This document shows, one piece after another, positions 40,070-50,402 of a DNA stretch of 50,592 bases. The stretch's first letter is position 1, and each line of letters opens with the position of its first letter. The position numbers and the translations under genes are program-made. The notes under the pieces were generated by a model. The model saw only the letters and a list, made by a program, of their open reading frames with translations, was not told the origin of the DNA and did not search any database. The DNA comes from Bacilli bacterium (GTDB taxonomy: Bacteria; Bacillota_I; Bacilli_A; RF39; UBA660): positions 1 through 50,592 of the forward strand of contig JAFURK010000011.1 of the NCBI GenBank assembly GCA_017480975.1, written 5' to 3'.

Positions 40070-40528
40070 TCATTCCAAAAATTTCTTCCTCGTAACAAAA
40101 TTAAATATCATTACAATCAAAGTAGCCACCACCTTAGCTACTAAATAATACCAATTAATTACATTAGTAAATACTTCCATAAGTATATTGCTAATTCCTA
40201 AACCTATAACACTGAAAATTATAAATTTAATAAAAACTTTTCTACTATCTTTACTGTTATCTACATTAAATACAAATGTCTTACTAGCCATATAATTATA
40301 TATAACCGAAATACAAAATGCTAAAGTATTAGATAATATAAGTGGCAACCTACATAAATCTCTAAATACATACAAAAAGATAAAATCTATTAAGGTAGAA
40401 ATCACTCCAACAATTCCAAACCTAAATATTTGTGCCAATAAATCTATTGTACTTTCACTTAAACTTATATGAAACAAATTTAACCAAAATACTACTATCC
40501 CCCTAGCCAAATTTACACTTTTTTTCAT
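40070..40528 (-). CDS. GtrA-family small membrane protein
   Basis: 152 aa, four TM helices, FRFGIVGVISTLIDFIFLYVF signature. Confidence 0.8.
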   Translation of the reverse strand: MKKSVNLARGIVVFWLNLFHISLSESTIDLLAQIFRFGIVGVISTLIDFIFLYVFRDLCRLPLILSNTLAFCISVIYNYMASKTFVFNVDNSKDSRKVFIKFIIFSVIGLGISNILMEVFTNVINWYYLVAKVVATLIVMIFNFVTRKKFLE

Positions 40529-40665
40529 AAAGCATCTACCTCATATAAAAATTATACTAAAAAAAATAAAATAAGAAAAGTAATTATTAATAAATATTTA
40601 TATTTAATATTATCCATGTTATAATTAATTTAAAAGAAAAAAAGAAATAAGGGAAGCAATAAAAT

Positions 40666-41652
40666 ATGAATAAAGTTGAAAGAAATAATTATATAGATTG
40701 GTTAAAAGGATTTGCTATTATATTAGTAGTTATAGGTCACTGTTGGTTAACACCTCCTCAAATATCATGGCTTATATATAGATTTCACATGCCATTATTC
40801 TTTTCAATATCCGGATATTTATTCAAAAGCCAAAATAACTACCTAAAATTTTTTACAAAGAAATTTAAATCTCTAATAATACCATATATAATATTTTTTA
40901 TCATTTCATATATAATTAGTATCCTTCTTCTAAAAAATAATTTATCAATTGACCAAATGTTTATCAATTTATATCTAAATGGCAAATATTGCACAGCCGT
41001 AAATAATTGGTCGCTTTGGTATCTACCATTATTCTTTATAGTAAGTAATTGTTTCTATTTTATTAGTAAAATAAAGAAACAAAAAATACTATTTATTATT
41101 TTGATAATACTTTTTTTCATAACAATTCCCATTAACTTAACTTTACAAAAAATAACAATAAGCTCTTACATTCCATTTTCACTACAAACCATAGCACCAG
41201 GACTATTTTTTATGTTATTAGGATATTTATACAAAATAAATAGTCCTAGATTAAAAAAGCAAAACCTATTAATTTCATTTGATTTATTTATTATAGGAAT
41301 TTTGATTTCAATCAACAATTACGATCAAATTATAGATATCAAAACCTACCAATATATGATAACCGCCATATTAATTATACAATTTATTATAACAATTACA
41401 AAAAAAGCTAAAAATAAATTAATATGCTATCTTGGAAAAAACACTTTAATAATATTAGGGCTACACAGAATTATATTATTCCTATTTGAAACCTATCTAA
41501 GAGATATACTAATTAACTTAAATCTTAATAACATAATAGGATGCATTATAATAGTAACAACATGTCTATTAATAATATGCAGTCCTAAAGAAATTGCAAT
41601 AAAATTATTTTTAAAATTTAAAAATCAAATACAAGAAAAAAAGATTATATGA
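40666..41652 (+). CDS. acyltransferase family 3 membrane O-acyltransferase
   Basis: NNYIDWLKGFAIILVVIGH N-terminal motif, about 10 TM helices. Extended -10 TGTTATAAT at 40617-40625. Confidence 0.8.
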   Translation: MNKVERNNYIDWLKGFAIILVVIGHCWLTPPQISWLIYRFHMPLFFSISGYLFKSQNNYLKFFTKKFKSLIIPYIIFFIISYIISILLLKNNLSIDQMFINLYLNGKYCTAVNNWSLWYLPLFFIVSNCFYFISKIKKQKILFIILIILFFITIPINLTLQKITISSYIPFSLQTIAPGLFFMLLGYLYKINSPRLKKQNLLISFDLFIIGILISINNYDQIIDIKTYQYMITAILIIQFIITITKKAKNKLICYLGKNTLIILGLHRIILFLFETYLRDILINLNLNNIIGCIIIVTTCLLIICSPKEIAIKLFLKFKNQIQEKKII

Positions 41653-41663
41653 TTTATACAATC

Positions 41664-42449
41664 TTAAAAACTATTAGATTTTTCACTATTTTTATAAACT
41701 TTAGTCAATAATTTTGCAATCATGCTAGGCCAAAATTTACAATATATATCATAATCTTCTTTCGTTCTAATCCCATTATTAATAATATCAGTCGTAGTTG
41801 ATTCTTTAGAAATTCTATGTCCCATCAATCTATCATTAATATAAATAAATCTTCCCTTTAATTTACTTAACTTCTCCCATGCAAACCAATCAACATTACA
41901 TTTATAATCAGATAAAAATATATCCTTAGGACAATTAGGCTTTACAAAAGTAACTGCCGGACAACAAATACTATTTCCAAATCTCAAAACAAATCTTTTA
42001 AAAAATTTAAATCTCGATAAGCATTTTACTCTTAAAGGAAACAATAATATTCTTTTTATTTTCAAATTTAAATTACTTACTACTTGCTTCCCATCTCTAA
42101 TTTCATAGTAATCTGTAAATATAATACTAGCATCACTATATTTTAAATAATTATCTGCTACTCTTTTAGCATAATCATAATCATAAATATCATCCTGATG
42201 AGCAACAGTTACCAAAGGTGTCTCTCCACATTGAACTGCAAAATCAAAATCTCCACCTATATTGGTATGTTTACCAACTATTACATCCAATTCATACTTT
42301 TTAGCCAAATTTCTAATAAATTTATTATCAGTTGTAGTAGCAATTACTACTTTACTATTATAACTTTGATTTAATACTGATTTTATGCAATCCTCTAAAT
42401 ATTTACTTTCTTTATAAGCAAGTACCACAAAAGTATGAATATTAGTCAT
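41664..42449 (-). CDS. family 2 glycosyltransferase
   Basis: FVVLAYKESKYLEDCIKSVLNQS N-terminus, AHQDD (DxD-like). Confidence 0.75.
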   Translation of the reverse strand: MTNIHTFVVLAYKESKYLEDCIKSVLNQSYNSKVVIATTTDNKFIRNLAKKYELDVIVGKHTNIGGDFDFAVQCGETPLVTVAHQDDIYDYDYAKRVADNYLKYSDASIIFTDYYEIRDGKQVVSNLNLKIKRILLFPLRVKCLSRFKFFKRFVLRFGNSICCPAVTFVKPNCPKDIFLSDYKCNVDWFAWEKLSKLKGRFIYINDRLMGHRISKESTTTDIINNGIRTKEDYDIYCKFWPSMIAKLLTKVYKNSEKSNSF

Positions 42450-43440
42450 GTATATTCCTCCTCATCAATTTAGTTAAAAGAAATAACAATCCATTAATTA
42501 AACGTAATTTTTCACAAAAAATAAATATATTTATCACCAGATTAACCTTCAAAGGCTCTTCTGACCTATTAACAAAAGTTAATTTATAACCATACTTATT
42601 AAAAATTTGCTTTATTATCCCAAATGAAGTTTCATAATATCTTTTTAAATCACCATAACCTAAAAATACCGCTTGCTCAACTAAATAATTTACAAATATT
42701 TTTAAATAATAATACTTAACCAATTTTTCCTTTTCAGTTAAATATTTTTTATTATTTTTTATAAATGAATCTATATTATTAAGTATTTTAGGAACATCAT
42801 TAATTAATTTATCTTTATCTTTATGAGTTATTGAATTTTCATTTATCAAGTTATTATAACCAACATAATCGATAATTAAAACCTTATTTGTCTTAGATAA
42901 AGTGCACATTGTATAAACGACATCTTCCCCATATAATCTATCATCTGGAAAAATAATCTTATGTTTTTTTAAAAATGAAGTCTTATATAATTTAGCCCAA
43001 ACCGTAGCTCTTCTATAACGATTCCATTCACAATCATCAAGAGAAAATTCAAAAGTTATATTTCCTTCTTTATCTACCCTTCTATATCCTCCAATAATAA
43101 TATCATAATTTTTATTGTTATCAAGCATTTTTTCTACATAATCATAATCAAAATAATCATCAACATCTAAATATGTAACATAATCCCCAGTTGCATATTC
43201 TAAAGCAATATTCCTTGTTTTAGATTGCCCTACATTATTGTGCACATTATATTTAAAATTTTTATTTTTCATTACAACGTCTTTAATCTTTTCTAACGAA
43301 CCATCAGTAGAGCCATCATCAGAAAAAATAACTTCTATATTTTTATATGTTTGATTAACAAGACAATCTACACACTTATCCAAAAACTCTAGTCCATTAT
43401 AAACAGGTACAATAATACTAACTTTATATTTTTCTTTCAT
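42442..43440 (-). CDS. family 2 glycosyltransferase
   Basis: VSIIVPVYNGLEFLDKCVDCLVNQTY, SDDGSTDGS, LDVDD. ATG 43440 (SD GAGG upstream) is preferred over the track GTG at 43452. Confidence 0.85.
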   Translation of the reverse strand: MKEKYKVSIIVPVYNGLEFLDKCVDCLVNQTYKNIEVIFSDDGSTDGSLEKIKDVVMKNKNFKYNVHNNVGQSKTRNIALEYATGDYVTYLDVDDYFDYDYVEKMLDNNKNYDIIIGGYRRVDKEGNITFEFSLDDCEWNRYRRATVWAKLYKTSFLKKHKIIFPDDRLYGEDVVYTMCTLSKTNKVLIIDYVGYNNLINENSITHKDKDKLINDVPKILNNIDSFIKNNKKYLTEKEKLVKYYYLKIFVNYLVEQAVFLGYGDLKRYYETSFGIIKQIFNKYGYKLTFVNRSEEPLKVNLVINIFIFCEKLRLINGLLFLLTKLMRRNIHD

Positions 43441-43448
43441 AAATAACC

Positions 43449-44429
43449 TCACTTTAAAATCTTTAATACTAAATTATGAAATTTAAATTTATAACCTTTA
43501 ATTAAAATATATACACCCAATCTATTTTTTAAAAATTCTCCCTTGGGTCTAAACAAAGATAAATATTTATTCTTTTGATAATTAGGAAATTTATTATTTA
43601 ACCATTCAATATACTTATCCATATTCATACAAACAAGTTTCAAATCATTATCTTTATTTATATAAAATATAAACCAACAAATAGTTTTTATAAAAAAATA
43701 TTCAATTAATTCCCTATCACTAAAATTAATGTTTTCTAATTTTCGATAAACACTATCAAGTAAAAATTCAAATTGCAAACTTTTGTTTGCTTTTCTATGA
43801 ACCGTATTAGATATACTAAAATCATTATAAAACCATTTATAAGAAGTATTATTTATTATCTTTATTTTAGTAGTTAAATTCATAACTTGAGCATTAAAAT
43901 ATATATCCTCTCCAATATTAGATTCTAAAAATTGAATATTATTTTCCTTAATAAAATTAGTTCTATAAATTTTTGCCCATGGCGCTACTATCATATACTT
44001 AGACCAATTATAATTCTTTAACACCACTCTTTTTATAACTTTATCATTAGTATCAACCCTTTCATATCCACCAACAACAACATCATAATTACCTTCTTCT
44101 ATTTCCTTATAAAATTTCATTACATAATCATCAGCAATATAATCATCATTATCAATAAACATTACATATTTACCAGTTGCTAAACTTATGCCATAATTTC
44201 TAGTATAAGCAACGCCATGATTACCTTGACTAAAAACTTTTATCCTAGAATCCTTAGCTGCATAAGAATTAATAACTTCTAAACTATTATCAGTAGAACC
44301 ATCATTAATCAAAATTAATTCAAAATTAGAAAAAGATTGGGCTAACACGCTATTAATACATCTTTCAATATAATCTACAGCATTATATACAGGAATAATA
44401 ATACTAACTTTATTTTTCAATTTTATCAC
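43449..44429 (-). CDS. family 2 glycosyltransferase
   Basis: VSIIIPVYNAVDYIERCINSVLAQSF, NDGSTDNS, IDNDD. Confidence 0.85.
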   Translation of the reverse strand: MIKLKNKVSIIIPVYNAVDYIERCINSVLAQSFSNFELILINDGSTDNSLEVINSYAAKDSRIKVFSQGNHGVAYTRNYGISLATGKYVMFIDNDDYIADDYVMKFYKEIEEGNYDVVVGGYERVDTNDKVIKRVVLKNYNWSKYMIVAPWAKIYRTNFIKENNIQFLESNIGEDIYFNAQVMNLTTKIKIINNTSYKWFYNDFSISNTVHRKANKSLQFEFLLDSVYRKLENINFSDRELIEYFFIKTICWFIFYINKDNDLKLVCMNMDKYIEWLNNKFPNYQKNKYLSLFRPKGEFLKNRLGVYILIKGYKFKFHNLVLKILK

Positions 44430-45957
44430 CTCTTTTTTTTAACAAATACGCAAATATCATATCTTTATAATAAAGAAAATTACTATTATTTCTAAAGATT
44501 ATAATCATAATAATATTAGGAATTACAACAGAGATGCAACAATTAATCACAAACTTCAAAATAGCATTAGTAATAATTAATTTTAAAGAAATATAATAGG
44601 TAAATAACGCTATAACTATAAATAATAAAATATAGCTAATAGTTTCTTTAAAATAATCAAGATAACTTCCTTTTAAAATTTTCTTATAAACATATTTAGG
44701 ATATCCATATCCCCATAAAACAAATCCGCTAATCAAAGTACCTAAAAATACCCCAGCTAACCCAAAATACTTAACAAAAATAATTGAAAAAACAATATTT
44801 AAAATTGATTCAATGATAGGTACCATTCTATCCTCATAAAATATACCAGCCGCATCTTTAAAAGCTCCATATGTAGCTCTCATTGTTTTTTGAAAATAAT
44901 TAAAAACCAAAACTAACAATACACCTTGTGATAATATATAATCACTGCCTAACCATAAATTAATAAAACTATCCATAATTACCAAAAGACAAACCCCTGA
45001 AAAAGCAGCAATCCAAAAATTCAAAAACCTAATTTTTTTAAATATACTAACACAAACTTCATTAGACTCAGTAACTAACATATTTCCAACACTGGCCGTA
45101 GTAGAAGTAATAATTTGATTAAAAATACCTTGTACTCCACTAATAATCATATAATAATTAGAATACAACCCAACCGTTATAACTCCCAAATATTTGGAAA
45201 TAATTATATTATCAGTCCCATTAACAAAAAAGCTGCCTAATTTATGACAAAACATAGCTTTCATCTTTTGATATATATCAGCTTTATCTTCCTTAGAAAT
45301 CTTATCAGCTTTTATTCTAATAATTTCACCATAATCCTTATTAGCAATAAATGTCAAAATTAAATTTTCAACAAAAGTACATAATATTTTAACAATTAAA
45401 TACATATAATAATTTTTAGTAAAATATAAAATTAATAATTGTAAAAAATTTAAAATAACAACACATCCAACATGAACGATATTTATAATGTAATTCTTTT
45501 GATAAGCATAAATTAAAGATCTTTTATATGCCATTACATAAGAAACAACTGTATTAACTAAAAACAAAAGATAAACCAACTTTAAACTAATATCTACAGT
45601 AACAGTTCCTACTATATTTTCAACAAAAAAAGTTAATATAAAACCAATAACAAAAACTACAATAGCTATAACCCTATAACAATTTTTATAAAAGTCTAAT
45701 AAACTTTTAATCCTTTTATTATCCTTATCTGCAATAGGTTTATATAACTTATATATAATAGAAGTACCTAATCCTAAATCTGCTATACAAAGAAATGTAA
45801 TAATATTAGAAAATAAGCTATTTACTCCCAAAAATTCTTTACCCATTAATTTAATAAACACAGTTTGAGCCAAAAATCCAACTAATATTAATATAACATT
45901 ACTAATAACGCCTGTAATAGTATTATAGGCTGAATAATAAATTCTACTTTTTTGCAT
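44410..45957 (-). CDS. wzx: Wzx-type polysaccharide flippase (MOP superfamily)
   Basis: 515 aa with about 14 TM helices and a typical N-terminus (NTITGVISNVILILVGFLAQTVFIKLMG). Confidence 0.75.
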   Translation of the reverse strand: MQKSRIYYSAYNTITGVISNVILILVGFLAQTVFIKLMGKEFLGVNSLFSNIITFLCIADLGLGTSIIYKLYKPIADKDNKRIKSLLDFYKNCYRVIAIVVFVIGFILTFFVENIVGTVTVDISLKLVYLLFLVNTVVSYVMAYKRSLIYAYQKNYIINIVHVGCVVILNFLQLLILYFTKNYYMYLIVKILCTFVENLILTFIANKDYGEIIRIKADKISKEDKADIYQKMKAMFCHKLGSFFVNGTDNIIISKYLGVITVGLYSNYYMIISGVQGIFNQIITSTTASVGNMLVTESNEVCVSIFKKIRFLNFWIAAFSGVCLLVIMDSFINLWLGSDYILSQGVLLVLVFNYFQKTMRATYGAFKDAAGIFYEDRMVPIIESILNIVFSIIFVKYFGLAGVFLGTLISGFVLWGYGYPKYVYKKILKGSYLDYFKETISYILLFIVIALFTYYISLKLIITNAILKFVINCCISVVIPNIIMIIIFRNNSNFLYYKDMIFAYLLKKRGDKIEK

Positions 45958-45964
45958 ATTTCAC

Positions 45965-46984
45965 CTACTTTTCAAATGAACATTTATCAGGAAATTTTTT
46001 AGCAAACATTTCTTGAACTTGTTTTATGATTTTATCACTCTCTTCCCCTTCAATATCAAGATTATCATTTACGCATAATTCTTTATTTTTATTACCAAAT
46101 AAACTTTTCTTTAATGTAGCTATTTGATTTTCATTCTCAACATTAACAATCTTAATAAAATCATAATTTCTAACACAAAAATCTCCTTTTAAAATTGCAT
46201 AATCTTTTATAACATATTGATTAACATCTAAATCATAATTTCTAAACTTATGTAAACATGTATTATGAAATTTATCATAATATTTATCCCATAAAAATTC
46301 ATATGATTCTTTTTTCATTGAACTAGAACCATGAATAACACCCATGCCACAAAATAAAGGATATGGCAAAAGAAATAAAGATTGAACAATGTGATTAAAA
46401 CCATTTTTCAAATTAAATATTTTACTAAAATTTTTTCTATAAAAATATCTTTTATTAAAAATATCATTTAATAAAGCAGCATTATTAAAACAAGTTTTAG
46501 AAAAATTATTAGATAGATAAGGTAAATTAACAGTTTCATAGAAATTATTAACTGGAACTCCATTCTTAAAATAATCCTCTTTATTAACCTCATTTATAAT
46601 AAACATATCATCATTAAAATAAACAAAATTTTCAGATAAACCTTTAATCCTATGTAAATTTAATTCAATAGTATGCGAACTAAACGTAGGTAAATAATCA
46701 TCAGGAATAAAATCTTTATGATTAACAATTTTTAGTTTAGAATTCTCAGTATTTAACCACTTTGGTAAATGTCCCCACGTAACAAAATAAATATTATTAA
46801 CCCAAGGAGCATACTTTTCAACACCTCTAAACCAATATTTTAAAATATCCCAATCTCTAAAACGATTAACGGAATTAGAAACATCAACCCTAACAGAACT
46901 ATATTTATTTTTCTCTTTCAACCACTTCTTATCACTGCCATCTACCCATATGACAACAAAATCAACTTTATCCATTATTTTCAC
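45965..46984 (-). CDS. Stealth-family sugar-1-phosphate transferase
   Basis: CR1 DFVVIWVDGSD; CR2 RFRDWDILKYWFRGVEKYAPWVNNIYFVTWGHLPKWLN; CR3 LPTFSSHTIELNLHRIKGLSENFVYFNDDMF. Confidence 0.8.
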   Translation of the reverse strand: MKIMDKVDFVVIWVDGSDKKWLKEKNKYSSVRVDVSNSVNRFRDWDILKYWFRGVEKYAPWVNNIYFVTWGHLPKWLNTENSKLKIVNHKDFIPDDYLPTFSSHTIELNLHRIKGLSENFVYFNDDMFIINEVNKEDYFKNGVPVNNFYETVNLPYLSNNFSKTCFNNAALLNDIFNKRYFYRKNFSKIFNLKNGFNHIVQSLFLLPYPLFCGMGVIHGSSSMKKESYEFLWDKYYDKFHNTCLHKFRNYDLDVNQYVIKDYAILKGDFCVRNYDFIKIVNVENENQIATLKKSLFGNKNKELCVNDNLDIEGEESDKIIKQVQEMFAKKFPDKCSFEK

Positions 46985-47936
46985 CTACCAAACAATTATT
47001 ATCTATATCATAAATTAACCAATCGTTCATATATATATCTTCTGAATATCCTCCATTCCTCCATCTACTAGGAGCAATTACAACTTTTTTATCATTTCTA
47101 GATAAATATTGAGCCCACCAACTAAAAGTACTATTAGATATAATAAAATGCTTACAAGAATACATAAGACGCAATTTTTCCCACACGGGATCCTCTCCAG
47201 ATTCAAACATTACTTCTCCAGGAAATTTGATATTTTCACGACACCATTCAACATCATCAGAAAAAACTACAAACCTAGCACCTTTAACTTTCTTTTTCAT
47301 AATTTTCATAGCATTAACAAAATAATTTGGAGTACAAATATAATGATTTTTCTTAAATACTGGATTTGAAACAAAATCACCTCGTCTAATAGTAATGCAA
47401 ACACTTTCTCCACTATTAATATAATTATATAAATTATTATTTTTAGTTAGTGGAGCTTTCTTAGGAGTAAATTCTTCTAATAAGATATCTCTAATATCAT
47501 CAAAATATTTAGCCGATTCAAAATAACCTAATAAAAACTTATCTTTAGCATTAAAATTATTAAATTTAACATAGCCCTGCCTAACAAAATAGATACCAAA
47601 TTTACTTAAAAAGTTAGAAAACTTTTTCTCATATTTATATTTAGCAAATTCCATATCTTTTTTTAAAATCAAACAAAACAAAGTCACAAACTTCTCAGAG
47701 AAATTAAAAATACTTAATAATATTTTCTGAAAAATGTTAGACTTATATTTCCCATTATTATCATATTTTAAAACTTTAAAATATTTAAGTTCATCTTCAA
47801 ACCCTCTATCTAAAACACCTTTTTGAAAATTAAACACCAACTTACCTTTAACAGAACTTTTTTCATAAATACTTCTCACCGCAGCGTATTGAAACATCTG
47901 ATTTCCTAATCTACCACTAATCTCTTTATATATCAT
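46968..47936 (-). CDS. GT11 alpha-1,2-fucosyltransferase
   Basis: GRLGNQMFQYAA, CITIRRGDF (HxRRGD-type motif), ISNSTFSWWAQYL. Confidence 0.85.
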   Translation of the reverse strand: MIYKEISGRLGNQMFQYAAVRSIYEKSSVKGKLVFNFQKGVLDRGFEDELKYFKVLKYDNNGKYKSNIFQKILLSIFNFSEKFVTLFCLILKKDMEFAKYKYEKKFSNFLSKFGIYFVRQGYVKFNNFNAKDKFLLGYFESAKYFDDIRDILLEEFTPKKAPLTKNNNLYNYINSGESVCITIRRGDFVSNPVFKKNHYICTPNYFVNAMKIMKKKVKGARFVVFSDDVEWCRENIKFPGEVMFESGEDPVWEKLRLMYSCKHFIISNSTFSWWAQYLSRNDKKVVIAPSRWRNGGYSEDIYMNDWLIYDIDNNCLVGENNG

Positions 47937-47979
47937 TTTAACACCTACAATTCAAATTCAAAATCAGAATATATTATAA

Positions 47980-48312
47980 CTACTTTTCCTTCTTTAATAT
48001 AGAAATTTCTTGAATTAATAATCTAATTTTCTTATCGTGAGTCGAAACAATAACTGTTAAAGTTATATTTATAACCACTAAAATTGCAATAAATAAAGAT
48101 AAAACCATATTAGATGCCGTCTTAAAACCTAATAAATTAGTAATAAAATCTAATAAATTAGGAATCATTAAACTTATAAATAATAAGAAAAACAACACCA
48201 ACCAAACTAATGAATATTTTATTTTTATTTTATCTTTTCTTAATAAAGATAAAATAAAAATAACAATAAATAAACTAAAAATAATTGAACAAAAAATTAA
48301 ATTAATACTCAT
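47980..48312 (-). CDS. DUF2304-like small membrane protein
   Basis: True start is ATG 48312 (MSINLIFCSIIF..) with SD GAGGAGGA. ATGA overlap with the upstream GT2 stop. Three TM helices. Confidence 0.65.
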   Translation of the reverse strand: MSINLIFCSIIFSLFIVIFILSLLRKDKIKIKYSLVWLVLFFLLFISLMIPNLLDFITNLLGFKTASNMVLSLFIAILVVINITLTVIVSTHDKKIRLLIQEISILKKEK

Positions 48313-49028
48313 TTTTTTATCCTCCTCATTCCAATTACCAAAATAGATAATACAACATTCAGCATATAATAAACATTTTTCCATGCCCTAATACTAGAAA
48401 CACCATTTTCACGTTCATTCATGCTAACTGCTACTTCTTTTAATTTGTAACCACATCTTAATATTTCAGTAGTCGAAACAGGTTCAGGATATTCAACTGG
48501 ATAATTTTGACTAAATCTCTTAATTAATTCTTTATCTATAGCTCTAAATCCACTAGTAGTATCATATACCTTTTTTTTAGTAACTACTTTTATAAAAAAT
48601 GAAATTATACTAATCCCTACTCTTCTAACTTTACTTGATTTAAAATCACTACTATTCTTATCAATAAATCTAGAACCTATTACCATATTAGCTTCATTAT
48701 TTAAAATAGGCTGTATTATATCCTTAACATACCTTACATCATGTTGACCATCACCATCAAATTGTATAGCAATGTCATATCCATTTTCAAATGCATATTT
48801 ATATCCAGTTTGAACAGCACCACCAATCCCAAGATTATGAATTAAAGAAATATATGGAATATTATTCTTAATACATATTTCTTCAGTTCCATCTACAGAA
48901 CCATCACTTACAACAATAGCATCATAACTAGTTTTATTCTTTTTATTATAATCCAATATTCTTTGATAATTACTTAATACATTTTCTTCTTCATTGTAAG
49001 AAGGAATAATTAATAATACTCTTTTCAT
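48309..49028 (-). CDS. GtrB-like GT2 polyprenyl-phosphate glycosyltransferase
   Basis: LLIIPSYNEEEN, VVSDGSVDGT, QFDGDGQHD; 239 aa, the soluble type commonly paired with DUF2304. Confidence 0.8.
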   Translation of the reverse strand: MKRVLLIIPSYNEEENVLSNYQRILDYNKKNKTSYDAIVVSDGSVDGTEEICIKNNIPYISLIHNLGIGGAVQTGYKYAFENGYDIAIQFDGDGQHDVRYVKDIIQPILNNEANMVIGSRFIDKNSSDFKSSKVRRVGISIISFFIKVVTKKKVYDTTSGFRAIDKELIKRFSQNYPVEYPEPVSTTEILRCGYKLKEVAVSMNERENGVSSIRAWKNVYYMLNVVLSILVIGMRRIKK

Positions 49029-49049
49029 ACTACTCTCCTAACTAAATCA

Positions 49050-49078
49050 ATTATACCATCTAAAGAAAAAAGTAGCAA
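49050..49078 (-). promoter_or_regulatory. candidate promoter of the glycan operon
   Basis: Minus strand: TTGCTA (49078-49073), 17 nt ending in TGG, TATAAT (49055-49050), about 20 nt upstream of SD AGGAGAG and ATG 49028. Confidence 0.45.
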
Positions 49079-49155
49079 TTGCTTTTAATAATTTGACTAA
49101 TTAAAATATATTTGATACAACAAAAAAATTATAAAATAATGGTCAAGCAAAAAAA

Positions 49156-50383
49156 TTAAATAGATTTTCTCTATTTTAATTTATCCCTCTCTCACCACTA
49201 TTTGATATACAACATTTCAATTTATATTAAAGTATATACTTTTAAATAATGCCTTAGTCCTTTTTGTTTTAAACTTTTATTTGTAATATATACTAATGAA
49301 CAATGATGTATTCCAATAACCTTTTCTAGATACCTTTTTTACCATATAACCTTTCATATCTGCTATTATAAAGTAATTTATCCATCTTCTAATGACTTCA
49401 TTTAATTTTGTAATCCTTTCGTCTAAAGAAATAATCCAAATTCTTTTTGTCAATTGTTTTAATTTTCTTTTAAAATTCCAATTGATTTTAAATTCGGTTT
49501 AAATTTGATTATTTCTGTTCTGTATAGTAAAATCAAAAACCTAAGTACTTAATTTCTGTAATTCTTGCTACTTTGCTTTTTTTCACCATTGACTTTTTAA
49601 ACCAAGTTTCTTTTCAATAAACTTGGTTATACTTTTCTATTTGCTACTTCTTCACTTTGAACTACAATTATGTTGTCATCTACATAACAGTTAAATTTTA
49701 GACCACGTTTTTCAAGTTCTTTATCTAGTTCATTCAACATGATATTAGATAATAAGGCAGATAAATTTCCTCCTTATAGTGTTCCAACTTTTGTTTAACT
49801 TACAACATCATTTTCCATTACTCCACTTACCAAATATTTTCTTATCAACGACACTAATTCTCTATCATGAATTAGTTTCATAACGATTGAATTTAACTTA
49901 TCATAACATACCGTATCAAAGAACTTTTGTAAATCTATATCTACTATCTAGGTATATCCATCATTAAAATATTCAAAAAGTTTAATGCTTGCCATTTTAC
50001 ATAAATGATTTGGTCTAAAACCACAACTTATTTCACTAAATTGTTATTCGTATATTGGCACCTCTGCTAACTTCTTGCAATAAACCTTTTTTGACCAACA
50101 TTAACAATTGACGTATTAAAGCACTTGTGCTCATGCGTCCATGAGACCACCGCGATAAGACATATATCTTTCCTCAATTAGAAGTTCGAGTATCTTTTAG
50201 CCTTTAGTTTGTTAGGCAACCTTATCCGATTATGCAGCCTTATAATAAGTTTCTGTTTGTTAGTTTCATGCTTCCTTTAGCCCCAAACCTCACGACTGAT
50301 ACTTTGTGCTTCCCTAACACTTCATCGATACCTACGCGTGTATTGGACTTTCACCAACTAGATACATGCCATACACGGCACAC
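49156..50383 (-). mobile_element. decayed group II intron copy B (~1.23 kb) with a pseudogenised reverse transcriptase/maturase
   Basis: 5' end GTGTGCCGTG at 50383 and a structured domain-I-like RNA (50100-50383). RT motifs read through many stops: PIYE-stop-QFSEISCGFRPNH, IVDIDLQKFFDTV, GTL-stop-GGNLSALLSNIMLNELDKELEKRGLKFNCYVDDNIIV. The 3' tail is shared with copy A. Confidence 0.75.
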
Positions 50384-50402
50384 TAAATCGAGTAGAGAAA
50401 AT

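Noticed and set aside
42964-42971. A8/T8 homopolymers inside glycan genes (42964-42971 in a GT2, 44433-44440 at the wzx end, 2113-2120 at the start of the glycosidase gene) as phase-variation switches
   Set aside because: All are currently in frame and encode Lys-Lys, which is extremely common in this Lys-rich AT-rich genome. Only the adhesin tract shows an actual frame break.
47109-47369. Plus-strand ORF inside the GT11 gene
   Set aside because: It is an antisense shadow.
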